DNA of 64,000 nucleotides from Paragordius varius (Eukaryota; Animalia; Nematomorpha), in NCBI GenBank assembly GCA_964247055.1, contig OZ176050.1, positions 6,944,001 to 7,008,000 on the forward strand, written 5' to 3'. A program made the translations under genes and the position numbers. This document shows positions 12,876 to 26,400 of this stretch, piece after piece. How positions within the stretch are numbered: position 1 is the stretch's first letter; each line of letters starts with the position of its first letter. Under the pieces are notes generated by a model. It had not been told where the DNA came from. It saw only the letters and a program-made list of their open reading frames with translations, and made no database searches.

Positions 12876-13406
12876 CTAAATTTAATTATATATTTTTTAG
12901 GATAGAAACATAAATTTAAATTGGAAGATTTTTCAGTAGTTTCTTATAAATATAAACTTAAAAACTGATTTAAATGAAGTGTATACATTGCGTCCAATAT
13001 ACAGGGGTATAAAAAACAACCTAATGAAATATAAATATTCTGATAAAGAAATGTGTCAGGATTATCATAATGCTTTTGGTTTTGACCCTTACGTGTAATT
13101 TAAGAAAGTTATTTACACTTTTGTGGTAAGTGCTCTATATCAGAAAATGAAAATTTTGAGCATATTTTTTTAATTTTTGGTGAACGTTGAGGCTTCATTT
13201 AAAAAATATTGTTAAAATATACAAAAACTAAAAATTAAATCTATTACAAAAAAATCTATTTATGAATAAGGGGTCAGAAATTCCCAGATTTTTTGTTCTT
13301 CTAATATGGGATAGTCTTCTTGAAAAACCCAAATGTGGGTAATGCGCGATAAATATTTGGAAACCAGCATTTTTAAAAATGATATTCTTTCAAAAATCTA
13401 ATTTAA

Positions 13407-13977
13407 CACTTCGATTCAAATTGAGTTTTCTAAATACCCCAGACTAAATTTAAATTAAAATTTCTAAAAAACTACTGAAGGAAACGGTCCCAATTTAAAT
13501 TTATACTTCTATCCAGATAAATATTATATAAATATGCCAAAATATCTTGATAAAATTTTGTTTTGAAAAAAAAGTTCCATCTCAAACTACTTCGACGCCA
13601 TTTTTATTTTACAAAATTTTTGCAAAATATCGTCTTCATTTAATTTTAAGGGTAACATTAAAGCTAATTTTTTATTTAATACATCTAACATTGATAGAAA
13701 TAGAAATTTTTTTTGTACTTTTTTTCAATTTTACCATTGCAATGTCACGTTGACCAAATTTTTACCTTTCGATTTTGGCTTATAATAAGTAGTTTCAAGT
13801 ATTTTTGAATAAAATTTTTTATATATTTCGGTTTATTAATGTTATATAAGACCAAAGTTTTGCCATGGTTTCTATTCTTTCCATATTTTTTAAAGAATTT
13901 TATATTAAACAGGCTTGGGCTATTTAACTACCCCAATTTGAATCTAAGGGCTAAAATGAGTGTGTTATATCCAAGTG
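13407..13977 (+). mobile_element. piggyBac-like MITE family A, full length (571 bp)
   Basis: TTAA at 13403-13406 and 13978-13981. Ends CACTTCGATTC / ATATCCAAGTG. Confidence 0.9.
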
Positions 13978-14111
13978 TTAAAGAGCAAAAAAAATTGTGA
14001 CTTTCTGAGCCCACATCCTAAAATTAAATTTTTTGAAAATTTTATGTAGTTTACAGTCATGTAGACTTTATTTTATCAAAGATTTTCTTTTTTTCGTTAA
14101 TTGTGTATTAA

Positions 14112-14688
14112 CACTTCGATTCAAATTGGGGTATCTAAATACCCCAGACAAATATAAATTAATATTTTTAAAAAACTACTGAAGGAAACGGTCCCAATTT
14201 AAATTTATGCTTCTAACCTGATAAATATTATATAAATATACCAAAATATCTTGATAAAATTTTGTTTTGAAAAAAAGCTCCATCTCAAACTACTTCGACG
14301 CCATTTTTATTTTGCAAAATTTTTGCAAAATATCGTCTTTATTTAATTTCAAGGGTAAAACTAAAGCTAATTTTTTATATAAATTACATCTAACATTGAT
14401 AGAAATAGAAAAAGCCGCTATGTTTGTATAATTTTTCAATTTTACAATTTGACACATGCCACGTTGACGAAATTTTACCTTTTGGTTTTAGCTTAATATA
14501 AGTAATATCAAGTATTTTTGAATAAAAATTTTTATATATTTCGGTTTATTAATGTTATATAAGTGCAAAATTGCCATGGTTTCGATTCCTTCCATACTTT
14601 TTAGAGTATTTGATTTTAAACAGGCCTGGGGTATCCAACTACCCCAATTTGAATCGAAGGACTAAAATCAGTGTGTTGTATCCAAGTG
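14112..14688 (+). mobile_element. piggyBac-like MITE family A (577 bp) in the left TIR of the Tc1-like element
   Basis: TTAA duplicated at 14108-14111 and 14689-14692. The homologous empty site with one TTAA is at 16413-16416. Confidence 0.92.
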
Positions 14689-14981
14689 TTAATATTTGGT
14701 AAAGAATATAAAAACAAGAGCTATATGGTATACCATATCATATTCTTTAAAAAATTAAAAGAAGTGTGGGGGAAGCGCGTCAGAAATCTTTGGTAAAAAA
14801 TGAAAATACACTAACAACTAACCCTTAACTTAAAATTATTGTATAAAAGGGTTAGGAAAATCGTAATTTTTATCTCAATTATAATTTTTTTTGTTTCGAT
14901 ATGGGAACGATTTTAAAAAGGATTTTCACGATAGATGCTATATTAAATAATCAATTTGATCCAATTTCGTTAGGATGTAAC

Positions 14982-15285
14982 CCTGGTATTGCGGGTATTT
15001 TTTCCTTTATAATGTTAGATTCAGATTATGTTGACGAAAATATAAGACCCACACAAAATATTGTACCTGGCAACGATGGTTTTTTTTCATTTAGAATTTA
15101 GGTGTTAATGAGATCGGCGGGAATGGATTGATAGTAGACACTTGTCCTGGTATCCTTAATGGTTTTTTCCCTTTATAATGTTAGATTAAGATTATTTTGA
15201 CGAAAATATAAGACCCACACAAAATAATGTGCCTGGCAACGATGGTTTTTTTCATTTAGACTTTAGGTGTTAATGAGATCGGGAA
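14982..15285 (+). repeat. Tandem duplication, ~164-bp unit x2
   Basis: Two near-identical blocks CCTGGTAT...CTTTATAATGTTAGATT...GACGAAAATATAAGACCCACACAAAAT...CCTGGCAACGATGG...GGTGTTAATGAGATCGG starting at ~14982 and ~15146. Confidence 0.9.
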
Positions 15286-15470
15286 TGAAAATATGACAAC
15301 TTCATTAAACGGTAGAGGAAAAAGGAAAAGTATCGTTTTTGTTAATTTTAGAATATCATTTTTGGTCAGATGAAAAAAAGTCTAAGGCCTGCAAAATTTT
15401 CGGGATCCCAGAAATCACGAAATATTGTCTATTTTGTAGTTAGACATGTCTATAAGGTTCCATAAATGCT

Positions 15471-15630
15471 ATGAGACGAAGCATGACTCTGGGAATAGAG
15501 AAAGAGCCATTAAAAAAGGGTAGGAAAACGAAATGCAATGAAGGTCTAGTCGGGCAGGTCAAAACAATCCTCGATAGTGATTGTGAATTGACTGTCGATG
15601 AGATTCTCAATAAATTACCCATTCCATATT
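15471..15630 (+). pseudogene. IS630/Tc1-like transposase helix-turn-helix fragment
   Basis: KKGRKTKCNEGLVGQVKTILDSDCELTVDEILNKL resembles the GRxxKxxxE...I...PxxTxxEI second HTH of Tc1/IS630 transposases. It lies inside TA/CAGT TIRs and no catalytic domain was found. Confidence 0.5.
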
Positions 15631-15799
15631 CATTTCCATGTTTTCCCTTATATATACACACAATTCATTACATCCTTATATTTTGTCCTTTATATGTTTG
15701 TTTTATTTATTGTGATATCCTATTAAAAAAATTATAATAACTATTTTTTTTACCTATACATAAAAATCTATATTTAAGAGGTTAATTTGTTTTGTTTAA

Positions 15800-16205
15800 C
15801 ACTTGGATACAACGCATTCATTTTGAAGCTAAAACCAAAAGTTAAAAATTTATTCAACGTGACATGTGTGCAATAATTGAAAAAGAATACAAAATAAATC
15901 GCTTCTTCTATTTCTATCAAGGTTAGATGTGATTTAAATAAAAAATTATCTTTAATTTTACCCTTAACACTAAATGAAGACGACATTTTGCAAATATTTT
16001 GTAAAATAAAAATGGCGTCGAAGTTGTTTGACATGGAACTTTTTTTTCAGAACAAAATTTTATTTAGATATTTTGGCATATTTATATAATTTTTATTAGG
16101 AAAGAAGCATAAAAAATTGGGACCGTTTCTTTCACTAGTTTTCTAAAAATCCTAACTCAGATTTAGTCTGGGGTATATTTAAATACCCCAATTCGAATCT
16201 AGGTA
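15800..16205 (-). mobile_element. piggyBac-like MITE family A, reverse, internally deleted
   Basis: TTAA-CACTTGGATACAAC start, deletion after CATTTT, end ATTCGAATCTAGGTA-TTAA. Confidence 0.8.
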
Positions 16206-17497
16206 TTAATAATAATTTTATCAAAAAAAATTAATATATAAAATTTTGCAAAAAATTAACAAAATTATTACCATTCCTCTTTATACAATATTTAAGATTT
16301 TCATTTTTTACCAAAGATTTCTGACGCCCTTCCCCCACACTTTTTTTAATTTTTTTAAAGAATATGATATAGTATACAATATAGCTCTTGTTTTTATATT
16401 CTTTACCAAATATTAATACACAATTAACGAAAAAAAGTAAATCTTTGATAAAATAAAGTCTACATGACTGTATAATACATTTTAATATTATTTTTTGAGA
16501 TGAACCCGCGCAAATGCGCTTTCAGATATGGAGCAGTTATTACAAAAATAATAGAATCTTAAGGACTAAAATCCAAACATGATAATTCTGATACCTTTTT
16601 CTATGAGAATATATATTCTATCAGGTTATTTTTTTATAGACGCTGTATCATTATTTTCTTTACAAAAAAGCAAATGAAACTATAAAATCATCATATATAG
16701 AAAAACTGTTTTTATATCCTAAAACATTTTAGAACGTTCCCACCTTTCGCTTCACCGAAATTTCAAAATCAAAATTTTCAAGCAAAACATTCAGTTTTTT
16801 TGGATAATTTTTTTTTCATTAAATAGCATACATTTAATTATGTACCGCGCAAACTCTGCACTTTTGGGTATAAGAAACTAGACTATTTTAAAAAGCAAAA
16901 AATTTAGGTATTTGGGAGCTCACATCTAATAATTAAAAATTTATAAAAATATTGTTTTGCTTTTCATTATATATATTTTAGTCATAATTTTAGGTGGAAG
17001 CACTGCAAAAAAATAGTTGACAAAATAGCACATTCTTTATGGACTACTCGAAAAATGTTAATAGCTAGGCCATAATTTCAAAAGGCACATTGACAATCAT
17101 TTTCGTAGCAGACTATATGCATTTCATCAGTAAATTTTTTTATGGACATTGCGTCGAGGGTGACTAAGCCATTTTTTATTAACCCTTTATTGCAGCACCC
17201 CCGTACAATGAGTTTATTAAACATATATTGGTTTTGAAACACGATGCCGAAAGACGTTTCGACATAGTCAATTTCAATTTTTTTAATTGTTTTACGCACC
17301 GAAAATGAGTAAATTTTTTGGATGCACCTCAATTAAGCCATGCCCATGTTTTCCACAAAAAGATGGCTTTAAAACAATTTACCCGTAAAATAGCACGCCC
17401 TTAACATGAAATTAGAAATATATTTATTAGGAGGACCATTACCTAACCGTATTATGCACCACACATAATATCATGTGGTAATAAAAATTCAGTTTGT

Positions 17498-20400
17498 ATG
17501 ATTGGATCCAATGAAGAAATCGAAGAGGTTTTTATATTTATAAAATAAAGGTATTTTACGATGCTCCTCACACATTTTCCAGGTATAAAAGGCTTTTATA
17601 AATATTCAGTTATTCTATGTCTTTGCAGGATTCTTTACAAGAAACATGTTTGGCTCTTAAACTTTTCCTGAATAATAAATTTAATTTGGCCCGAGAAATT
17701 CTCAAACCATAGTTCAATTTTATTTATTTTAGTATTTTGGAAAGCATTTATCATTCTTTAGGATATAGTACCTTGCTTTACCTACAAGCGTTTATGACAT
17801 TTGATTCAGTAAAATCGAATTAATTTTATTTTAGTGTGATATCGAAAGTGCCACCGAATCATTAAGAATATCATTGGAAGTTTGTCAAAAATTTCGGCAC
17901 AAAAAATCTTTTACCGCTACATGGGGCATTAAGAAAAATGATTACAATAAATATTCCATAGGTTTAGTCTTAAATATATTTATATTTTATACTCTTATCT
18001 ATACACACATATATATATATATCTAATGCCATTATTGTCAGGTTCAAGGATAATAGTCCACATTTTTGTGATAATCTATTTAGCTATAAATTAATTTTTG
18101 ATTTGATGAATTAATATTCTATAACGGATTCGGAATATAAATTAGGGAAAATGATAAAGATGTTTACTACCATTTATTTGCAGTTTGCACGATTCAATAA
18201 AAAATAAATTATATCATAGAGAAGAAATTTCTTCTCTTTGATCGTTTTGTTGAAAATACTATAATGTTTAATTACATTTAATTTCAGAAATAGTTGCATT
18301 TTTGTTCGGTAAAATTTATACTATAAAGTATTGAAAAACTTAGTACAATTATTTATTGTCAAAATATTCTTTCTTTTTTTTAATTTAAATTTAATGGATC
18401 TAACTTTTAAATATTGTCTAAAACAAAATCTGAATATAGATTAAAACAAAAGTTATTATTAATATTTCTTTTTAAATTTCTTGTTTTCCAAAAAACAGGG
18501 AAACAATTTTCCGGATGAAATTAATTTATTTTTTTAACTCCCCTCAAATGTGAGTAGAACGAAAGGGCATTGCAAAAAATCAATATTTTTTGTAATTTTT
18601 TTTTCAAACTATCCATGTATTTGTTATAAAAAATGTGTAATGATACATTTTATCAAAAACATAATGGGTAATACAGAATAAAATTATTTTTTATTGAGAT
18701 TTCGAAATACGTATTTACTCAATAAATTTATTCGTTTAATGAATATTTTATATTTTGAAATTATTAAAATTTTTCATCTATATTATTTTTTTGTGTCTTA
18801 CAAGAGATGCCATTTTGAGCATTTTTATTATAATCAATTAAAGAGTCCGCCTACATATAGAGTATATTACTATAATCATAAATGCAATAAGGTATTAAAC
18901 TTAATTAATTTTTGGTATAATTTATTAAATGATAGCACACAATGTTCAACGGCAACCATGTTTATGTAATTGAAAATTGAATTCACAAAAGACATTTAAG
19001 GTTTTATAAGATAATCGCGGTTACAAATCTGAATTTTGTATATATTTTAGTACTTAAATTATATATTTTATACATTTTTTTCAAACCTCTGTTCCATTTA
19101 TTATCAAACCTAAGAGCGACCCTAAAAAAGGATACATATATATTTGATTTTAAATGCTTTTATTTTTCTATTAAATTTCTCCCACCTTTTTAAGGAATAG
19201 TATTGGAAGTATTTCTGCTTGACTGATGAAAAAATAATAACATGTTAGTAGGATTGTTTGGTAAATGTCAAAAAACTAATTTACAAACAACCTAAAAAAA
19301 TATATTGGTTAACATATATTAAAAATTGCAATTGTAATGTAGCGCATAAGAAAACAGAATAGGAAATTTACTATAACGTCATCCTTCCACAAAATTAGCA
19401 TAGTTAGGTGTGTGTGTAAAGTAGAAGTGGTTTACTATGAACTTTTTTTGATATTATTTAAGGTTGAAGGACCTTTTTTTATTTATGCAAAGAAACAAAA
19501 AGTTTTAAGATTTTTTCAGGATTTCATTATCATTAATCCAAGTTTTTTTTGTGAATTGTCATTTTTGTAGAAGGGTTAAATTAACTTTAAAAGTATTTAA
19601 AATTGAAATAAAAATGGAATTGTGGTTATTGTTTTTTTTCCGAAAATCTATTTTTAAATTTTTCACAAATTAAAAAAAAATTATCGTATGTTACTGTTTC
19701 AATTTCAAAAAGTTTTTAAATCGATTGCTATTATCAAATGATAAATCCAAATTATTAAACCATTTTAATATACGCAGTTTTTTATTGGAATTGATAATTA
19801 TAATATATGGAAATTATTAATTACAAAACCATACTTTTTTATTGTTATTGCAAAAAAATATATATTTATAAAATTTACCTAATAAATGATATAAGGCATC
19901 ACAAATTTTTTTATTTTTCTTCAATTTAATGTGGATTTTACATTCTTTTTGGCCGCTTAATTTAGGTAATCTAAATTATGCAATACTGTAAGTTGTAACT
20001 CTGTATGATAAATTCAACATACTTTGTTTAATTAATTAAATCGTTTACATATATACAATGTTTATTTGTTAATTAAAACATTTTTTTATACAACACAAAA
20101 TTAACACGTAATTTATGCAGTAACGTGTTTTACAACAAAAGACCGCTTTGTCCCACATACAATTTTAATTAATTTTGTGTTTGCAAAAAAATATTTTAAA
20201 TATTTACTTTACTTTGATATTAAATATTTTCACAGATTTGTAATATTTTTTAACCATTTTAATATAGTAAAATACTTCTTCAAATCATAGAATATGCATT
20301 AAATTTTTTTTTAATTTTTTATATTTTATGGAAAAAAACATTTTTTATTTTGCAGAGGAAGTCCATGCTGAGTTATGTTATGCCGAATGTATTTTGGAGA

Positions 20401-23400
20401 AAGCAATGTTAACCTTCATACAAGATGAATCTCTCATTAGTTTCGTCAAGGGTGGCATTAAAATACGTACCTCTTATTATTGTTACAAGTATTTTTTTTG
20501 GATTTTTTTTACAAAATGATAATTTAGGTTTAATATTAATTTTAATTTATGTATTTTTATTCAAATATTTTATAGGAATATTATATTTAAATAGCTAACT
20601 AAGATAGCTTTACAAGATATAACCATTATATTGGATTCATATGTTATGACATTGATATCTTTTAACAATTTTCATTTTGTTCTTTCAAACGTCAAATTTA
20701 AATTCCTTCTTTTGTCCTTCTTGCAAGATTAATTCTCCCGTGGTTTGGATGAATTATTCTGTATGGAATTGGATTTCGTATTATAAGATTTTTTTATCAA
20801 ATTCACATATTAAAATCCATAATTTATTTTATAAAAATGTAAATTTATACAAAAAGATATTCGTTTTATCATAACATAGAGAATGTCAAGAGATACTTGA
20901 AAATTATGGCTGGTCAGATGGAGATAATTTTTGTACCAAAACTCATTTTGAAAGTGGAACCAGAATGGGGATTGGTGGATTTAATTTGGTATGCCCGAAT
21001 TCTTCCATTTTATTTGTCTTTTTCTAAAAATATTAATATTTTGAAACTAAAGTTTTGCATTTTATTATTGCAAAACATTTTTTTAAGTTTATTTTAATAA
21101 TATTTGAAGGTTACATTTCATACATAGGTTTATAAAACTAGTAAGGATTGTGCTGGTTATATTAATTGGTAATTAATCTTCATTATGGATATTAAAAGAG
21201 ATAACGCATAACTCAATCATGAAATCTTATATAAATGTTTAATTTTGTTGTGATGAAAAATCGATTAATTTTTAATTAAATTATTTTTATATAAAATAAA
21301 ATTGTAATCTATGTCACAATCATAGATTTTGGCCAATTTACCAGCTCGCATACTAAAACTACTGGAATTTATCGGTTTTTCCGGAAACAAGGTTATTTTT
21401 ACATCTTATCCATTGATTTTTAACAAAAGTAATTATAATGTACATTCATGCCATTTTCAATGTGAGATAAACACATATTTAATTAAATTTTAATATGTGT
21501 ATAACAAAAACCAAAAAATCATAAATTAAGTTTAATTAACCAATAATTATAAAACGCCACTTTTTTCTCCTATTATTTTTAGGAAATTGGACTCAAAGAG
21601 TTGGAAAGGGGAACGTTTCAGGATCGATACAGCTTACGTAGTCCTTTATGTGCAATAACTTTACTAGTTTATTACCTTTTTACTGTATACGTCCTAGGTA
21701 TGAACTTATTAACTAACCTAACACAAAATGTTCTTCTTAAACTCTTTTTTCTCCTAATAAATAATTTATTTTTTCATTATTATGAGGAGGTGTTAAAAGA
21801 TCACAAAATTAACAAAGTCTAGGTTTTATTTATTTATGCTGTTTTTTGATTTATGACTTGTGTCGTCGACACTAAAGTTATTTAATTAGATTTTGATAAA
21901 TAAATTTTGTCATGCATAAAATGTATTATTAATATTAATGATTTATAAAAATAAAAGTGTGTTTTTGCCAAAATCAATTTTCAAATTGCTTTATCGAGAA
22001 AACGCCAAATCGTTTAAGCCGTATAATTTTAAAAATATATTATATTTTATTCGTTTTAAGGGTCGGGAAAATGTAATCCTGGTATGTGCCAAAGAATTTT
22101 GAATCTCATGATGAAAGATCACCCTAATGTATTAGTTATATACTTTTTATATGATGTAAATTGTTTTATTTATTTTTTTTTTGATAAAATTAAAAAATAT
22201 TAAAAAATTGTGTAACTGCATGTAACAACATCGCCTAGCCAACTATTGTTTAAAATATTAATATTTACATATAAATTTTAAATGATACATACTGATTTTA
22301 ACCAATTTTATTTAAAATTTATTTTATTATTTTTAGGGGGCAATATTCCTTTATTTTCAAGCTCGATTATACGAAGTACTTGGACACTTTCCAAAAGTTT
22401 GTTTTTTATATAACTGTAAATTAGTTAACGCATGATTACTAACATAAATTTAATAAATCTTGTCGACATTATTTGAATATTTATACTATTTATTAATTGG
22501 GAAATATATTTTAAAGGGTTTTTCTACAATAAAATCCTTTGTTTTATTTAGAAATGTTTTGTAGTTAATTAAAAATACAAGTATCTCTTTTATATGCTAG
22601 GCAATCGACGCTTTCAATTTCACAATCAATTGCCAAAATGAATTTAAACAAATCCAATATTTGTGTTATTGGGAATTGATGTGGTGTTATGCGTAAGTGT
22701 TTAATATTTATAATTATGAATCAACATTTTTATTCTCCGCAGGATAAATTTATGTCAAAAAACGAACTAAGTTAAATAGGTAGCATCTAATTACATTTGT
22801 TTTGGAATTTCAATTTAAAATTTAATTTTTTTAAACATTTTAACCATGAAAATTTGTTTTAAATATCTAAAGGTTTATTTTAGTTTGCTATAATAATATA
22901 TAAATATATACTTGGTAAGATATATGGCATAGAATATTGAGATTACATCTGTCCTAATATAAATAGTTAAATGCAAGTTTTTATTCCAACCAATTATTTT
23001 TAGCTTATATATATAATTTATTAATTTTGTTTTCTAAATGTTTGAAAATATTATTTCCTACAAAATCCCCATAATAAAATATCTCAATTTTAAATTACTC
23101 TGAACCATGTTGATATTATGGTTATACTGATTCATTTAACCTAAGATATGATTCGGATTGGTTAAAAGCTGCTCAATACTGCAAAATGTTAGCGGCCGGA
23201 AGTAAATGGTCAAAATCAACTTACCTTTACCATCAGGCCAGTTGTTTACTCATGGTGACCTGGAATTTGCATGAGAATGGTGATGAGTCTTCCATAAAAC
23301 TCTCAAAAACTCAAATTGTCAAACTTTTAACGTAATGTTTTGCATTTACAAACAACTATGCTTTTTTACTGTACTTTACTTTTAAAATTAAAATTTGTTT

Positions 23401-26400
23401 TATTTAACATACGATATATATATGGTAATTACGCCTTAGAAAATAACATTTTTGATTGGTGAATTAAAATGATATCTTATTTTGCCTAACATGTAAATTT
23501 AAAAAGTATTGACGCAGTTTCTAGTTTAATTGCAATACAAAAACATATTTGGTCACTTTTGATGGTATTGATTTTCACCATTATTTTTGAGGGTGAGTGT
23601 CTGATATATATTATTTTCTTTAAAGATTTGCGGTTGTAGGCGTCTTTACTATCAATTTAACCTTATATTTGATTGCGAACGATTTCGTTTGCCTCTGAAC
23701 TTCTGTCCTCCCTAGGTCATCTATGATTCTTTCCAAGTTTTGCGGACACGGCCTTGTAGAGCTTTGACGCTATTTATATTTGTGCATCTTTTTCAATTTA
23801 CCATCATCTATTCATTCAATATGTCTTAACAAGCTTAGTCGTTGTGATTGGATTATAAGATCGATTGTATTTTTAGAGATTACATATGCTTCAAAGTTAT
23901 TAACATTGTATTTGGTTGAGTTGAGTGCATAATAAATTGTTTGGATTCTATGTTTTTTTCCACTACCAGGTTTCTGCGCCATACTTAAGGGCTGGCCATA
24001 TCACTGTAGTTTATATCTTCGTTCTGGTATTATTGTTTATTAATTTGTGGTTATTATGTGAATTATTGAGTGATATTTTTCCAAGCCTGGCTGGATCAAT
24101 GTTTTATTGCACTTTCTATAAACTCCTACTGCGGTAATAATATCGCCGAAGTGTATGTCGATTATACTTTTTTTAAATATAAATTTTAAATAAAATTTTG
24201 AAATGGATTTTTCTATCTAAAAACACATTTTTATGCTCATTTGATTATGTTATATATTTATTTATTTTAAGTTGCCATTATATCTATTTAACAGTGAAGC
24301 ACCTCTACATAAACAACGCTTAGCGGGGAAAAGTATCCCAATAGAGAAATTTGTTGTCAAAAAATGTCAACGATTTGTCGATCAAAATAATTATTTAATC
24401 GTGCCAGCATATGTACGTATAATTATTTTAATTTTGGACTTTAATATAATCTTAATTACATGGGATTAATATGAAATAATAGAACATTTTTATTATGAAA
24501 TATCGTTTAATTATATTTTTAATTTAGGCAAATTTTTTCACGGTTTAATTGTCCTAGATGCAAAATTTTGAGTTTTTTATTTTTATAAATTGGATATTTG
24601 AAACAACAATTGCAATGTATACATCTTTATAATTCGATTGTCGAACTAATATTTGATTCATCTTTAAAAAATTGAAACAAAGTTCTAATGCACAACTTAA
24701 AATTTAAATTGCTATACAATTGGTTTTTAAATACTAAAATTTTTTAGGAGCTAATATATTTATGGAATGGATTTTCAATCCTACGCAAACGTCAAGACTA
24801 TATTGAAGCCATGCTAAATCGATTAATTTTCGAAGAGAAAGCATTGGCAAAACACGCAAAAGGTTTATTAACTAAATAATACTTTATTATCTATGTATCA
24901 TTTTCTAAAAATGGTTAAAAAGGTTAATCACCAAGATTTTCTAACATTCATATATTTTTCAAAAATAATTTTTAAACTTTAAAAATAATTTTTTAATACT
25001 TTTCGACTTTTAATCTTTAACTTAATTTTACTAGCTGTCAAATTAGTTCAAGTCTACAGCAGGGCTTCTTAAACTTTTGTAGTTCACGACCCCATTTATG
25101 ATTGCGAGTTTCTTAACGACCCCAACAAATATAAAAAAAATAATAGTTCTTCGAAATAACACTTATTTGTTGATAATATTATCAGGATTATTGTTTTGAG
25201 AGATTGACAAAAATAAATACATTTTTTATAAATTTCTATTACATTTTCTGATTCATAGTAAATTTATACAAGATACTAGCTGGCTTTGTCACGCTTCGGT
25301 GTGGCGTAGTCTCACCGATAATTATTCTTAATAATTTGCAATAGAGTTATTGGAGATAAAAAATAATAATAAATATTCAATAAAAAATGTCTTTAGTCAA
25401 TCTTTTACGGGTTTTCATAGGCTGAAATATTGTGTACTAGAAATCGACCATATTTAATCTGCCCTTATTAATGTTTTCTATTATCATTGGATTTATTTTA
25501 AATATTAGTTTTGCGAAATCATGGTTAAAAGTTCTAATTTAAAATTATGTTCATACAACTGGGATCAAAGGTTATATAAAGTAAATCATTTGGTCCCTTT
25601 TTAAAGGAAATAATGATATTATACAACCCCAGAAATATATTTAACTGAACTTGTATGGCTTCTTAGTTTTTTGAAAATTAGCTCCAAAACCACCCCATTT
25701 TTGGCCTCTCAGTTTTAAACCGGTAGACCCCTACTTATAGGCCTATATGGAAAAAGCGCTAAGTTAAATTTTTTGCCTTTATAGGGAAAATATTTGGAAT
25801 CATCATTGAGACCATCGTCTCGTTTTATGATGGCGTTTTAGGGCATAAAGGCCCCAAATTAACGGCTAATAAAAAACCCGACCTTAATTACCTAGTTACG
25901 GGTAATATTTCAAGCTTTTAATGAGCTCAGGCTTCATAAATTTTCTGTTAATTAGCTCCAAAACAACGCAATTTTTATATAGTGGCGCAGTTTTAACGGC
26001 TATCTGTTTACCCACAGCCAATATTAAAAAAGCAAGACTAAAATTCTTGCCATTTAACAGAGAATAAGTCGAATCCTCAGTGAAACTGTCACATACCCTG
26101 GGCAAAAAATTATTTAGTTTTTTTTGAAAAAAATGGCATTTTACGGGTGGAAAGGGTAAAAAGAGAGCCTAAATTAAAAAAAGTAAGCAACTAGGTTCAA
26201 AGCAATCGAAAAAAAGTAAAAATAATCATATTTGAAATTGAATGGTCCAACACTTTTTTCGGAAAATTGTCTCAAAGATATGATTGGACTTCTCTTTTCA
26301 AAAAAACCCGTTTTTTACAATGGAGTGAGCCCAAACTGAGCCTAATTCATAAAAAGGACGAAGCTATTGTCGGGCCATTCATCATTGATTATATTTTTTG

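Larger units (their letters stand above)
14054..16470. mobile_element. Non-autonomous IS630-Tc1-mariner element with long (~250 bp) TIRs
   Basis: TA-CAGTCATGTAGAC ... GTCTACATGACTG-TA. The left arm (minus the nested MITE) matches the reverse complement of ~16255-16470. Contains a transposase HTH fragment. Confidence 0.85.
13002..16645. mobile_element. Tc1/mariner-type palindromic MITE (family F) hosting nested insertions
   Basis: TA-CAGGGGTATAAAAAACAACCT ... AGGTTATTTTTTTATAGACGCTG-TA, with long imperfect inverted arms. Related sequence at 56011-57205 and near 35000. Confidence 0.65.

Noticed and set aside
14810-14860. Telomere-like CTAACCC/GGGTTAGG motifs
   Set aside because: Only isolated units inside a transposon arm, not an array.
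4312-17834. Alternative genetic code or stop read-through to explain in-frame stops near gene starts
   Set aside because: Removing 21-27-nt GT-AG introns restores frame and homology, and TAA, TAG and TGA are all used as normal terminators.
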